From an uncultured Gammaproteobacteria bacterium (lineage in GTDB: Bacteria; Pseudomonadota; Gammaproteobacteria; Arenicellales; JAANXG01): DNA of 51,802 bases. The notes under the pieces are model-generated. The model did no database searches. It was not told the DNA's origin and saw nothing but the letters and a program-made list of their open reading frames with translations. The DNA is taken from contig CALZGZ010000040.1 of assembly GCA_945787105.1 (NCBI GenBank), positions 1 through 51,802 of the forward strand. Direction: 5' to 3'. Every line of letters starts with the position of its first letter. The first letter of the stretch is position 1. The position numbers and the translations under genes were made by a program. Positions 36,037 to 44,852 of the stretch are shown piece by piece.

Positions 36037-37713
36037 CTACGACTCACGGTTGTCCCCGGCAACCACGTCCGCCGCTTTGACCCAGGCACCCAAGCGCTCC
36101 GGGGCGCGAACCTTTTTCCATTTGCCTTGCACTTCGAGCACCTCGACCGATTCCCCCTTGTTGAATGTGCCTAATGGATAAGAGTTGCGAGCGGTTGATG
36201 GTACCGGCCGGGCGCGTACGTCTGCAGCATTGACCGTTCCTTGTCCACTATCACCGTCCACGTAGCGGCCGTACACCCATACCTCGAGTCCCCCAGGAAC
36301 CTGTACATAGACCCAGTCTCCTTCGCGAAGTACCAACCGCACGGTGGTATTCGGCAACAATTCACCGATCTCGGCAAGGGTTTCGCGATGAAACGGGTAG
36401 ATCTTGGCGCCTCCCTGTGCCACTCGCATTACCGCGGCGGCCTCCATCTCGGCGGTTGTTGCCGGGGTCGCAGCCGCGGATTCGGCACCCATATCGGGTT
36501 CCGCCGCCGATGTCGCGTCCTGCGCCTGGGTGACCGGTCCCAGCTCCACGTCGCGCGCCTTGACCCACGCTCCTAATCGCTGCGGGCCACGCACCCTTTT
36601 CCAGTCACCTTGCACCGCCACGACTTCAACCGATTCGCCATTATTGAACGTCCCCAGCGGGTAGGAGTCGCTTGCGGTCGAGGGCAGCGGCCGCGCCCGG
36701 ACGTTCGGATTATTGACTATCCCCGACCCGCTTTCACCGGTTACATAACGGCCGTATACCCACATCTCAAACCCGCCGGGCACCTGAACATACAGCCAGT
36801 CCTGGTGCCGGAGCAAGACCCGAATCGCACTGCCAGGCGCCAATTCGCCAAGCGTTGGGAGTGACTCGCGATAGAACGGGTAAACCTTCGCCCCCTGCGC
36901 CCCGATGCGCGCGACGTTTTGCCCGCTCATTGGCGCTTCGGTTTCCATCGTGCGGGGCTCAGTTTCGGCCGGCATTGTCGTTTCCGGCACCGGCGCTGCG
37001 CGCGCGGTTTGCTGCGATGACAAGGGCTCTTCAGACGCTGCCGCCGTATCAGCAGACATGACCGTGGCAGGCATAGCCGCGGTGGCTGCGGCGTCTTCCG
37101 GCGCGGACGCGGCGCTAACAGCTTGCTCGGTGACATCGGCACCTATCGGGGACGTTGCCTTGGCAAACAACTGCGGATATTTGTTCTCGATGACGTTCAG
37201 CGCCTTGTCTGCCCGCGTGTAGCCGTTGTCAGAGGCCTTGCGAAACCATTTTATCGCCTCTTCGACGTTCTTTTCGGTGCCCTGCCCGAGGTAATAGGCC
37301 GTTGCCAGATTGTGTTGCGCGGCCCCGTACTCGCGTTCCGCGGCGCGGCGCCACCACTGCACCGCGTCCTGCAAATTACGCGCGACGCCGCGCCCTTCCC
37401 AATAGGCGACGCCGAGATTGAAAAGTGAATTGACGTGATCTTGCTCTGCCGCCTTCCGGTACCAGTCCAGCGCCTTACCGAAATCAGCAGGGCGACCTTG
37501 GCCCTTGTGGTACAACACCGCCATCGAATACTGGGCCTGGGCGTCACCCTGGTTCGCCAACGGTTCCCAAAACTGGCCGGCCTTAACAAATTCACCTGCC
37601 TCATAGGCGGTAATCGCCTGCTGCATCGGGTCATCTTGGGCAAATGTTGGGCCGCATAGCAGCCACCCGGCTAGGATTACGGAATGTATATTCGCTCGAA
37701 CGCTACGGAGCAT
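36037..37713 (-). CDS. Secreted Sel1-repeat protein with duplicated double-SH3b modules
   Basis: ATG 37713 (SD gaggt) gives 558 aa with signal peptide ...LLCGPTFAQ. Sel1 repeats include AQYSMAVLYHKGQG, LFNLGVAYWEGRGV and HNLATAYYLGQG. Two SH3_3-like modules of about 119 aa follow. Confidence 0.8.
   Translation of the reverse strand: MLRSVRANIHSVILAGWLLCGPTFAQDDPMQQAITAYEAGEFVKAGQFWEPLANQGDAQAQYSMAVLYHKGQGRPADFGKALDWYRKAAEQDHVNSLFNLGVAYWEGRGVARNLQDAVQWWRRAAEREYGAAQHNLATAYYLGQGTEKNVEEAIKWFRKASDNGYTRADKALNVIENKYPQLFAKATSPIGADVTEQAVSAASAPEDAAATAAMPATVMSADTAAASEEPLSSQQTARAAPVPETTMPAETEPRTMETEAPMSGQNVARIGAQGAKVYPFYRESLPTLGELAPGSAIRVLLRHQDWLYVQVPGGFEMWVYGRYVTGESGSGIVNNPNVRARPLPSTASDSYPLGTFNNGESVEVVAVQGDWKRVRGPQRLGAWVKARDVELGPVTQAQDATSAAEPDMGAESAAATPATTAEMEAAAVMRVAQGGAKIYPFHRETLAEIGELLPNTTVRLVLREGDWVYVQVPGGLEVWVYGRYVDGDSGQGTVNAADVRARPVPSTARNSYPLGTFNKGESVEVLEVQGKWKKVRAPERLGAWVKAADVVAGDNRES
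36055..36900 (-). repeat. Internal tandem duplication (two ~360-nt modules, 36538-36900 and 36055-36417) inside the Sel1/SH3b gene
   Basis: The modules are GAKVYPFYRESLPTLGEL...GAWVKARDVELG and GAKIYPFHRETLAEIGEL...GAWVKAADVVAG. They are 81/119 aa identical by hand alignment and separated by an Ala/Thr/Glu linker. Confidence 0.85.
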
Positions 37714-37884
37714 CGTCTTACCTCGCTTTATGCCAGTGTCTATACCTTGGACAGACCGGGCCACCTTGTACCGCCGACCCCTTTGTTAACATCGGATATC
37801 TATCCATGACAGTCAAGCTATTGTATGACATTTTTCGGATAACGTCCTGAATTTGCAGTGCTTCAGCGCCGGCTCCCGGGTTAT

Positions 37885-40578
37885 TCAAGCGTGGGCCAGC
37901 GCCCAATTGGCGCCGCTACCGACATCCACCTCAAGTGGGACTGTCAGCTGCGCGACGCCACTCATCAACTCTGCAATCGCAATGCCGGCATGTTCTAGCT
38001 CGGATACGGGGACCTCGAACACCAATTCATCATGCACTTGCATAATCATCCGCAAGGCTTTGCTATCTTCGCGGATCCAGTCGTCGATCACCAGCATCGC
38101 CATCTTAATCAAATCCGCGGCGGTACCCTGCATCGGCGCGTTTATCGCGGTGCGTTCCGCATACTGACGCCGTGCGTGATTACCGGCGTTAATCTCCGGC
38201 AAATAAAGGCGTCTACCGAATAGGGTCTCGACATAACCTCGTTCGTGGGCACGTGCGCGGGTTTCGTCCATGAAACGCTTCACCCCGGGATAACGCGCAA
38301 AATACAGCTCGACATATTCCTGGGCAGCGGCGCGATCGATACGCAATTGGCGAGCCAAGCCGAACGCCGACATGCCATAGATTAGGCCGAAGTTAATAGC
38401 TTTCGCATGCCGGCGCTGTTCGTCGGTGACGTCTTGAGGGGGTAATCCGAACACCTCTGCGGCCGTCGCTCGATGGATATCTGCACCCGCAGCGAATGCC
38501 TGCAACAGGCCAGGATCCTGCGATAAATGCGCCATGATACGTAACTCTATTTGCGAATAGTCCGCCGACAGGATGACATCGCCGGGCTCCGCTACAAACG
38601 CCTCCCGGATGCGCCGGCCTTCTGCGGTGCGTACTGGAATATTTTGCAGATTGGGATCCGCCGACGACAAACGTCCGGTAGCCGCCACCGCTTGATGGTA
38701 AGAGGTGTGTACGCGTCCGGTTTTCGGGTTCACCATATCCGGCAGTTTGTCGGTGTAAGTTGACTTCAACTTGCTGAGCGCACGGTATTCAAGAATGAGT
38801 TGTGGCAAATCATAATCAACCGCGAGTTCTTGGAGCACGTTTTCGGCGGTGGATGGCTGTCCCTTTGGGGTCTTGCGCAACACCGGCAACTTAAGGCGAT
38901 CGTACAATACTTCTTGGATCTGCTTGGGAGACGCGATGTTGAACGGGCCGCCGGCGGCTTCATGGATTTGTTTCTCCAATGTTGCGATTCTATTCTTTAG
39001 CTCGTCACTTTGTTTAGCAAGCATCTCGGAATCAATGTTTACGCCGCGACGCTCGATACGAGACAGTACCGGAACCAACGGTATCTCTATCTTCGCGAAC
39101 AGATCCCGCAGCGTCGGCTCCGCCTCGAGTCTCGGCCACAACGCGTGATGGAGACGCAAAGTAATATCCGCATCCTCCGCGGCATACTGTGCCGCCTCAT
39201 CAATGTCGATTTGATTGAACGTCAGCTGCGATTTTCCTTTGCCGGCGATCTCCTCGAAGCTGACTGTCTTGTGGCCGAGGTGCTTCAACGCCAAGGTGTC
39301 CATATCGTGACGATTGGCCACGCTATCCAGCACATAAGATTCCAACATAGTGTCAAATGCAATACCGCGCAGCTCTATATCGTAGCCGGCGAGCACACAG
39401 TGATCGTATTTCAAGTTCTGTCCGACTTTGGACCGTGCCGGGTCTTCCAGCAACGCGGACAACTTTGCCAGAACCAACTCCCGCGTAAGCTGTTGCGGCG
39501 CATTGGTATAATCGTGTCCGAACGGCACATAAGCAGCCTCGCCGGGTTGCACCGCAAATGATACCCCCACTAATTCCGCAGACACGGCATCCAGCGACGT
39601 GGTCTCGGTGTCAAACGCAAATAACGGCGCATCGACAAGACGCTTGAGCCATGCATCCAACGCCGACTCATCAGTGATCACGATGTAATCCCGCTTGATC
39701 TCATCGTTCCTAGGCCCACCGCTGAGCCCGCCCAACTCCGCCAACCAACCTTGAAATTCCAGGCGCGCATATAATTCTTTCAGCTTCTCTTCGTCCGCCG
39801 GATCAACACGAAGATCGGTGGGATCAACATCGAGCTTTACGTCGCGTTTCACAGTCACTAACTGCCGGGATAACGGCAGTAAATCTACGCTGTCGCGCAG
39901 GTTGGCGCCGACCTTACCCGCGACCTCATCCGCGTTTTTGATAATCGCGTCCAGCGAGCCGTATCGACGCAACCATTTCCGGGCCGTTTTTGGGCCAACC
40001 TTCGCGACACCGGGAACATTGTCTGATGCATCACCAATCAGCGCGAGATAGTCGACAATTCGCTCCGGTGGCACACCGTATTTCTGTTCTACAGCATCTC
40101 GATCGTAGACTGCGTGGCGCATGGTATCCACCAGGCTCACGTGATCATTCACGATCTGGGCGAGATCCTTGTCGCCGGTCGATACAATGGTATCCATTCC
40201 GTGTGCCCCGGCCTGTGATGCTAAAGTAGCGATCACGTCATCCGCTTCCACGCCATCAATGGTGAGCAATGGTAGCCCCATCGCCCGTATTAATTCGTGC
40301 AATACCGGAACCTGTTGACGGAGCTCGTCGGGCATCGGTGGTCGCGTGGCCTTGTACTTCGGATACATGTCGTGGCGAAATGTTTTACCCTTGGCATCGA
40401 ACACAATCGCTACGTAGCCGGGATCATAATCGGCCAGTAACCGCCGGATCATGTTGATAACACCGTACACCGCTCCCGTGGGCTCGCCAGAGGAGCTTGC
40501 GAGCTTGGGCAGGGCATGAAACGCCCGGTACAAGTAAGAGGATCCGTCGACGAGAATGAGTTTGTTAGCTTTGTTCAT
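37885..40578 (-). CDS. polA: DNA polymerase I
   Basis: 897 aa with an N-terminal 5' nuclease, a 3'-5' exonuclease, and polymerase motifs A (DYSQIELR), B (RRHAKAINFGLIYG) and C (QVHDEL). Confidence 0.98.
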   Translation of the reverse strand: MNKANKLILVDGSSYLYRAFHALPKLASSSGEPTGAVYGVINMIRRLLADYDPGYVAIVFDAKGKTFRHDMYPKYKATRPPMPDELRQQVPVLHELIRAMGLPLLTIDGVEADDVIATLASQAGAHGMDTIVSTGDKDLAQIVNDHVSLVDTMRHAVYDRDAVEQKYGVPPERIVDYLALIGDASDNVPGVAKVGPKTARKWLRRYGSLDAIIKNADEVAGKVGANLRDSVDLLPLSRQLVTVKRDVKLDVDPTDLRVDPADEEKLKELYARLEFQGWLAELGGLSGGPRNDEIKRDYIVITDESALDAWLKRLVDAPLFAFDTETTSLDAVSAELVGVSFAVQPGEAAYVPFGHDYTNAPQQLTRELVLAKLSALLEDPARSKVGQNLKYDHCVLAGYDIELRGIAFDTMLESYVLDSVANRHDMDTLALKHLGHKTVSFEEIAGKGKSQLTFNQIDIDEAAQYAAEDADITLRLHHALWPRLEAEPTLRDLFAKIEIPLVPVLSRIERRGVNIDSEMLAKQSDELKNRIATLEKQIHEAAGGPFNIASPKQIQEVLYDRLKLPVLRKTPKGQPSTAENVLQELAVDYDLPQLILEYRALSKLKSTYTDKLPDMVNPKTGRVHTSYHQAVAATGRLSSADPNLQNIPVRTAEGRRIREAFVAEPGDVILSADYSQIELRIMAHLSQDPGLLQAFAAGADIHRATAAEVFGLPPQDVTDEQRRHAKAINFGLIYGMSAFGLARQLRIDRAAAQEYVELYFARYPGVKRFMDETRARAHERGYVETLFGRRLYLPEINAGNHARRQYAERTAINAPMQGTAADLIKMAMLVIDDWIREDSKALRMIMQVHDELVFEVPVSELEHAGIAIAELMSGVAQLTVPLEVDVGSGANWALAHA

Positions 40579-40701
40579 GCGTCGTTAATTGTAAACACTG
40601 GCGAACTCTCTGATCCATTCCCGGTCTATTTCATGTACCCAGCTTTGGATCGCGGTGGTTGGGTGTTAATCTAGGTCTGAGCTCCGGGAGACATATCATC
40701 C

Positions 40702-41046
40702 ATGCGTTATTTTGCCAGCCTTATTACTATCGTTTTTTGCGCTGTCGGCCAATTCGTCGAGGCGCAAACGCCTCCCGATGAACCGGCAACCACCGATAAA
40801 CAGGCCGTTGAACGAGGCGCCGGAGAAGACTCCGGTACCGCGGATATACGTGAATACAAGGAAGGTAGCCAAGCGATTACCGAGTACCGCCGATTCGGCC
40901 AGCTGTACATGCTGAAGATCAAACCTAAAGGCGCGGCGCCATTATACATGATCGATCAATATGGCGACGGCGAATTGAACACGCGGCCGGCGGACTCCAT
41001 CGAGGACGACGTCAACCTGCCCAAGTGGCGTTTAGGCAGTTTTTGA
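40702..41046 (+). CDS. DUF2782-family secreted protein
   Basis: 114 aa with a signal peptide. The segment ITEYRRFGQLYMLKIKPKGAAPLYMID resembles the DUF2782 proteins usually divergent from polA in Pseudomonas-like genomes. Confidence 0.7.
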   Translation: MRYFASLITIVFCAVGQFVEAQTPPDEPATTDKQAVERGAGEDSGTADIREYKEGSQAITEYRRFGQLYMLKIKPKGAAPLYMIDQYGDGELNTRPADSIEDDVNLPKWRLGSF

Positions 41047-41195
41047 CGCTCGAGTTTCGGCCGTGGGTACGTTGCGCTGGTACGACATCTGACCCTGCGC
41101 ATTGCCGACAAACCCGATTGCGGTTGACAGGCCCCCAACCTTATTTAGCGAGGCCCATCGAATCCCTGTTGTGAGATCGGCTAGGACAAATCAGC

Positions 41196-41903
41196 ATGCA
41201 ACCGCAACAGGTTGAACTTGGCGAAGGACTGAGTTGGTACACCTGCGGTTGGCAACTGTTCCAACGCTATCCAGTCCTATGGATCTTAATATTCTTGATC
41301 CTGGCCTTACTCAACCTCATGCTTGCGCTCATACCGGTGGTGGGTCAATTGGCGCTGGTGCTGGTGGGGCCTGTGTTTTTAGGCGGTCTGTACCATGCCG
41401 CGAAAACCGTGGAAGACGGTGGACGGCTTGCCATCAAGATGCTGTTTAGCGGCTTTGGCGACAAGCCCAAGACTTCGTCACTGTTAATACTTGGCGCGAT
41501 GATGTTGGCCGCCACTATCGTACTCACCCTGATCGCGGCAAGCCTGCTTGGTGGTTCATTGATGACCGGTTATGTTAGCGGTAGCGATGTCGCCGCGAAA
41601 ATCTCCGCTGGTGTGGGCACCATCCTCGGATTGTTAGTACTTTTGTCGTTGGAGGGCTTGTTCATTATGGTGATGGTTTATGCTGTTCCCCTGGTCATGC
41701 TGGATGACGTGACGCCAATTGACGCTGTTAAGTCGAGTTTCAATGCTTGCTTAATCAACATTGTGCCGTTTCTGCTTTTTGGCGTGATCTACCTAGTGCT
41801 TGCGTTCTTGGCGGCGATTCCGTTCTTTCTTGGTTATCTGGTTCTGATCCCGGTGACGCTATGTGCCGCCTATTGCAGTTACAAGAGCGTATTTCACTCA
41901 TGA
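41196..41903 (+). CDS. Multi-pass membrane protein (BPSS1780/DUF2189-like), function unknown
   Basis: 235 aa with 5-6 hydrophobic spans and the N-terminal GLSWYTCGWQLFQRYPVLW. Its stop overlaps the next start (ATGA). Confidence 0.65.
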   Translation: MQPQQVELGEGLSWYTCGWQLFQRYPVLWILIFLILALLNLMLALIPVVGQLALVLVGPVFLGGLYHAAKTVEDGGRLAIKMLFSGFGDKPKTSSLLILGAMMLAATIVLTLIAASLLGGSLMTGYVSGSDVAAKISAGVGTILGLLVLLSLEGLFIMVMVYAVPLVMLDDVTPIDAVKSSFNACLINIVPFLLFGVIYLVLAFLAAIPFFLGYLVLIPVTLCAAYCSYKSVFHS

Positions 41904-42265
41904 AATGTTTCCGCGTCGCTGCCGTTGTTGTCCTGTTGTTCAGCAGTGCCGCATGGGCCGCCGAAATTCGCTTTTACACAGCCAATAGCAGACAACAACA
42001 AAGCCTGATCACGCTGGTCACCGGCACCGGCAAGCCGGGTTGCCACAACTTTTTGACCAAACGCCGCGTCTACCGCATTTCACAGGTTGGATTTGAATAC
42101 TGCCGCATTTTCGCCGAGAAGAACTGTAATGCTGAAGCGGTTGTAACTGCCCGTTGGAAAAATAAGAAACCACCCACCGACAAGTTGAAACCAGGGGCAC
42201 GCTGGTTCTTGGCGGGTGAGCGAGGCGCAAAGATCGCCTCTTGGGCGTGTCATAAAACGCCATGA
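41900..42265 (+). CDS. Small secreted protein with four Cys, function unknown
   Basis: ATG 41900 gives 121 aa with signal peptide MKCFRVAAVVVLLFSSAAWA. It is translationally coupled on both sides (ATGA overlaps at 41900 and 42262). Confidence 0.6.
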   Translation: MKCFRVAAVVVLLFSSAAWAAEIRFYTANSRQQQSLITLVTGTGKPGCHNFLTKRRVYRISQVGFEYCRIFAEKNCNAEAVVTARWKNKKPPTDKLKPGARWFLAGERGAKIASWACHKTP

Positions 42266-43206
42266 CCGTACCGGTACAGGTCTACTACGGCGATGATCTC
42301 GGGCGTTACGCCTTTGGTAACGGCCATCCGTTTGGTCCTGATCGCATTCAGGCCTTTTGGGAGGAGACGGTCAAACAAGGCCTCGACAAGCTGGTGGACG
42401 TCGCCGCACCGGTGCGCTGCAACGAGCAGGCATTAACCCGGTTTCACGATCCAGCATACGTCGCGCGGGTCAAGAGACAATCACGTTCGGGTCGAGGATA
42501 TCTCGATTATGGCGATACCCCGGCATTCCCGGGCATGTTCGAAGCCACCTGCTATGTTGTCGGCAGCGACCTCGAGGGGTTGACGCATGCCATGAACGGA
42601 AGTTATCCGCGAATCTTCGTTCCCATTGCCGGACTGCATCACGCGCGCCGTGACAACGCCGCCGGCTTTTGCGTTTTCAACGATGCCGGTATCTTGATTG
42701 AGACACTGAGACAAGTCTTCGCCGTCAAAAAGGTTGCCTATGTAGACATCGATGCCCATCACGGCGATGGCGTATTTTATGCGTTTGAGTCCGACCCCGA
42801 CTTGATTATTGTCGACATTCACGAAGACGGTCGTTTTTTATATCCCGGCACCGGGTTTGCGAACGAAACCGGCACCGGCGTGGCGCAGGGCACCAAGCTG
42901 AACATACCACTACCTCCCGGAGCTGACGATGCCGTATTTTTCAGAATCTGGCCGGAGGCGGAGGAATTCCTGCGCCAGGGCAAACCGGAGTTTATCCTGT
43001 TACAAGCCGGGGCCGACAGCATCAAAGGAGACCCGATTACAGACATGGCGTTTTCTCCTCAGGCCCACGGTCATACCGCCAACCGCCTGTGCACTCTCGC
43101 GGATGAATTTTGCCAAGGCCGAATAGTTGCTATGGGCGGTGGCGGATATAACCGAACCAACCTCGCCTTGGGATGGAATGAAGTGCTCAAAGCGATGATT
43201 GCTTAG
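42262..43206 (+). CDS. Histone deacetylase-family (AcuC / acetylpolyamine amidohydrolase-like) Zn-dependent deacetylase
   Basis: 314 aa with catalytic GLHHARRDNAAGFCVFND, Zn ligands DIDAHHGDG and GADSIKGDP, and the GGGGY tyrosine, all present. Confidence 0.85.
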   Translation: MTVPVQVYYGDDLGRYAFGNGHPFGPDRIQAFWEETVKQGLDKLVDVAAPVRCNEQALTRFHDPAYVARVKRQSRSGRGYLDYGDTPAFPGMFEATCYVVGSDLEGLTHAMNGSYPRIFVPIAGLHHARRDNAAGFCVFNDAGILIETLRQVFAVKKVAYVDIDAHHGDGVFYAFESDPDLIIVDIHEDGRFLYPGTGFANETGTGVAQGTKLNIPLPPGADDAVFFRIWPEAEEFLRQGKPEFILLQAGADSIKGDPITDMAFSPQAHGHTANRLCTLADEFCQGRIVAMGGGGYNRTNLALGWNEVLKAMIA

Positions 43207-43225
43207 TAGCCGCTGTCGTGCCCCT

Positions 43226-43502
43226 GCAGCGCGTATATTGCTCCAACGCGCTCCACCCCGATTCATAGTTTATACACCGGGGAGGCGCGCAGGGTCGGTT
43301 CCAGGAAAGGGCGCTATTCGATGCTCTACGTCGCTTGGCAAGCATCGGGTCGGGACGATCCCGGCGCTGGTGCGACCACGAACACCTGCACTGGCGCTTT
43401 ATGCAATCCCTAGCTACGGCTATGTATTGCGCCCCAGCGCGGCGTCTCGCCGCCCGCGTCTTGCGCCAGCTTCCGGGATCCGTGTTGCAATATGTCGGTT
43501 GA
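43226..43502 (+). mobile_element. MITE-like repeat, full-length copy C (277 bp)
   Basis: The 88-nt core 43357-43444 aligns without gaps to copy A (70/88). The left arm shares tatacaccgggg... with copy A. The TIRs are degenerate (cgtatattgctccaac / cgtgttgcaatatgtcgg). Confidence 0.8.
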
Positions 43503-43986
43503 GCACCGCCATGTTGCGAAGATGCCGATCACGATCTGGATCTGTTACCGCCGGGACCATTGATATGGTACGCACGTAATGTGCTGGTAGCGCAAACTCC
43601 TTGGCACCGGCGATGACAAACTGTCTGTACCAGTGATAAGGCGCTAGATCAGGATTAACGTAATTGGGGTCTGCGACATACATATATGCCGCAGTGCGGT
43701 CAGAATTCACGTTTACCGGAATCTCGAGTTTCAAATAACCCCTGCCTTCGAAGCTATCGAGTAAGATTTGCTGTGCCGCGGAGATATGATAGACCACGCC
43801 ATGTATGACATCATCGGGGTTGTTCGTGTGGTAAGCGTCACATTTCGCCGAACCGTCACCACTGCGCTTGTGAAACCGCAGCTGATGGCCCGCTATATGG
43901 CCTGCGACGCCAGCCGCAAACTCCCCTACACGAGCTCGCAATCTCGCGCTCAACATGTTCGAGCCAAAGGCAAAATAGCGCATCAC
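43420..43986 (-). CDS. Gamma-glutamylcyclotransferase (AIG2/GGCT-like) family protein
   Basis: MMRYFAFGSNMLSARL is the GGCT N-terminal signature. The last ~26 codons and the stop lie inside MITE copy C. Confidence 0.75.
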   Translation of the reverse strand: MMRYFAFGSNMLSARLRARVGEFAAGVAGHIAGHQLRFHKRSGDGSAKCDAYHTNNPDDVIHGVVYHISAAQQILLDSFEGRGYLKLEIPVNVNSDRTAAYMYVADPNYVNPDLAPYHWYRQFVIAGAKEFALPAHYVRTISMVPAVTDPDRDRHLRNMAVLNRHIATRIPEAGARRGRRDAALGRNT

Positions 43987-44041
43987 GACATTCTATCTGC
44001 ACAACGGGCGTGCGTTGCTAGTGATTTTCCCGGGACGCCGT

Positions 44042-44767
44042 TCAGGCGGCGAGATCGGTCAGCACTCGATTGCGCCCCTGAGTCTTGGCTTGCGCAAGAA
44101 TCCGGGTTGCTCGAGCTAGCAATTGATTTAGATCTTCGCCACGCCGGAAGACTGTGACCCCTATACTCACGGTGAGCCTCGCCTTGCGGCGGGTGGTGAT
44201 CCCAATGTCTGTCTTGTAAACGGCAGATCGTATGCGTTCGGCGATTTGACAAGCGCCGCTCATATTGGTCTCCGGCAAGATTGTCAAAAACTTGTCTTCG
44301 TCGTAGCGCCCGATACGATCAGGCATTCTAATCGTTTCAGTCAATACCTCGGTGATGGTCTGCAGGGCGGAGTCGCGCGCCGTGTCACCGTACTCGCTGA
44401 TAAGATCCTGCAGGTGGTCGATGCCGACTACTGCCACGGAGAGTCGGTTACCATATCGATCGGCCAGCGCCATGAACTCGAAAAGCTTGACCGTGATGCC
44501 GTGCCGGCTCAGGGTTTGAGTAAGCTCGTCCAGCTCGTCAACACGGCTAGTTTCAACGGTGTGTCTCATTAGCGGCTTCACCACCGACGCGTAGATCAGT
44601 GCTGTCAGACCGACGGCGACCAAGGCCGTATAGGCCGCCGGCACCCACCATGAAGGCAGGCCCACCCCCCACATCCCGATGCCGAGAGCGGTAAATAATC
44701 CCGCACAGCTCGCTACCCCTAACCGCGTCAAGAGCGTAACCCGATTACGGTACGAGAAGTTGGACAT
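44042..44767 (-). CDS. Membrane-anchored degenerate GGDEF-domain protein (DEDKF in place of GGDEF, RxxD I-site retained)
   Basis: Two N-terminal TM helices. The GGDEF-domain scaffold is DELTQTLSRHG, VGIDHLQDL..YGD, RMPDRIGRYDEDKFLTIL, TVSIGV and AKTQGRNRV. Confidence 0.8.
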   Translation of the reverse strand: MSNFSYRNRVTLLTRLGVASCAGLFTALGIGMWGVGLPSWWVPAAYTALVAVGLTALIYASVVKPLMRHTVETSRVDELDELTQTLSRHGITVKLFEFMALADRYGNRLSVAVVGIDHLQDLISEYGDTARDSALQTITEVLTETIRMPDRIGRYDEDKFLTILPETNMSGACQIAERIRSAVYKTDIGITTRRKARLTVSIGVTVFRRGEDLNQLLARATRILAQAKTQGRNRVLTDLAA

Positions 44768-44852
44768 CTTTGCTTGGGCCCGCCTGATCTAATGTTAAGA
44801 AGTTACTTTAACAATATATACCAACCTGGGCTATGCCGTGCAATTCCGGGGG

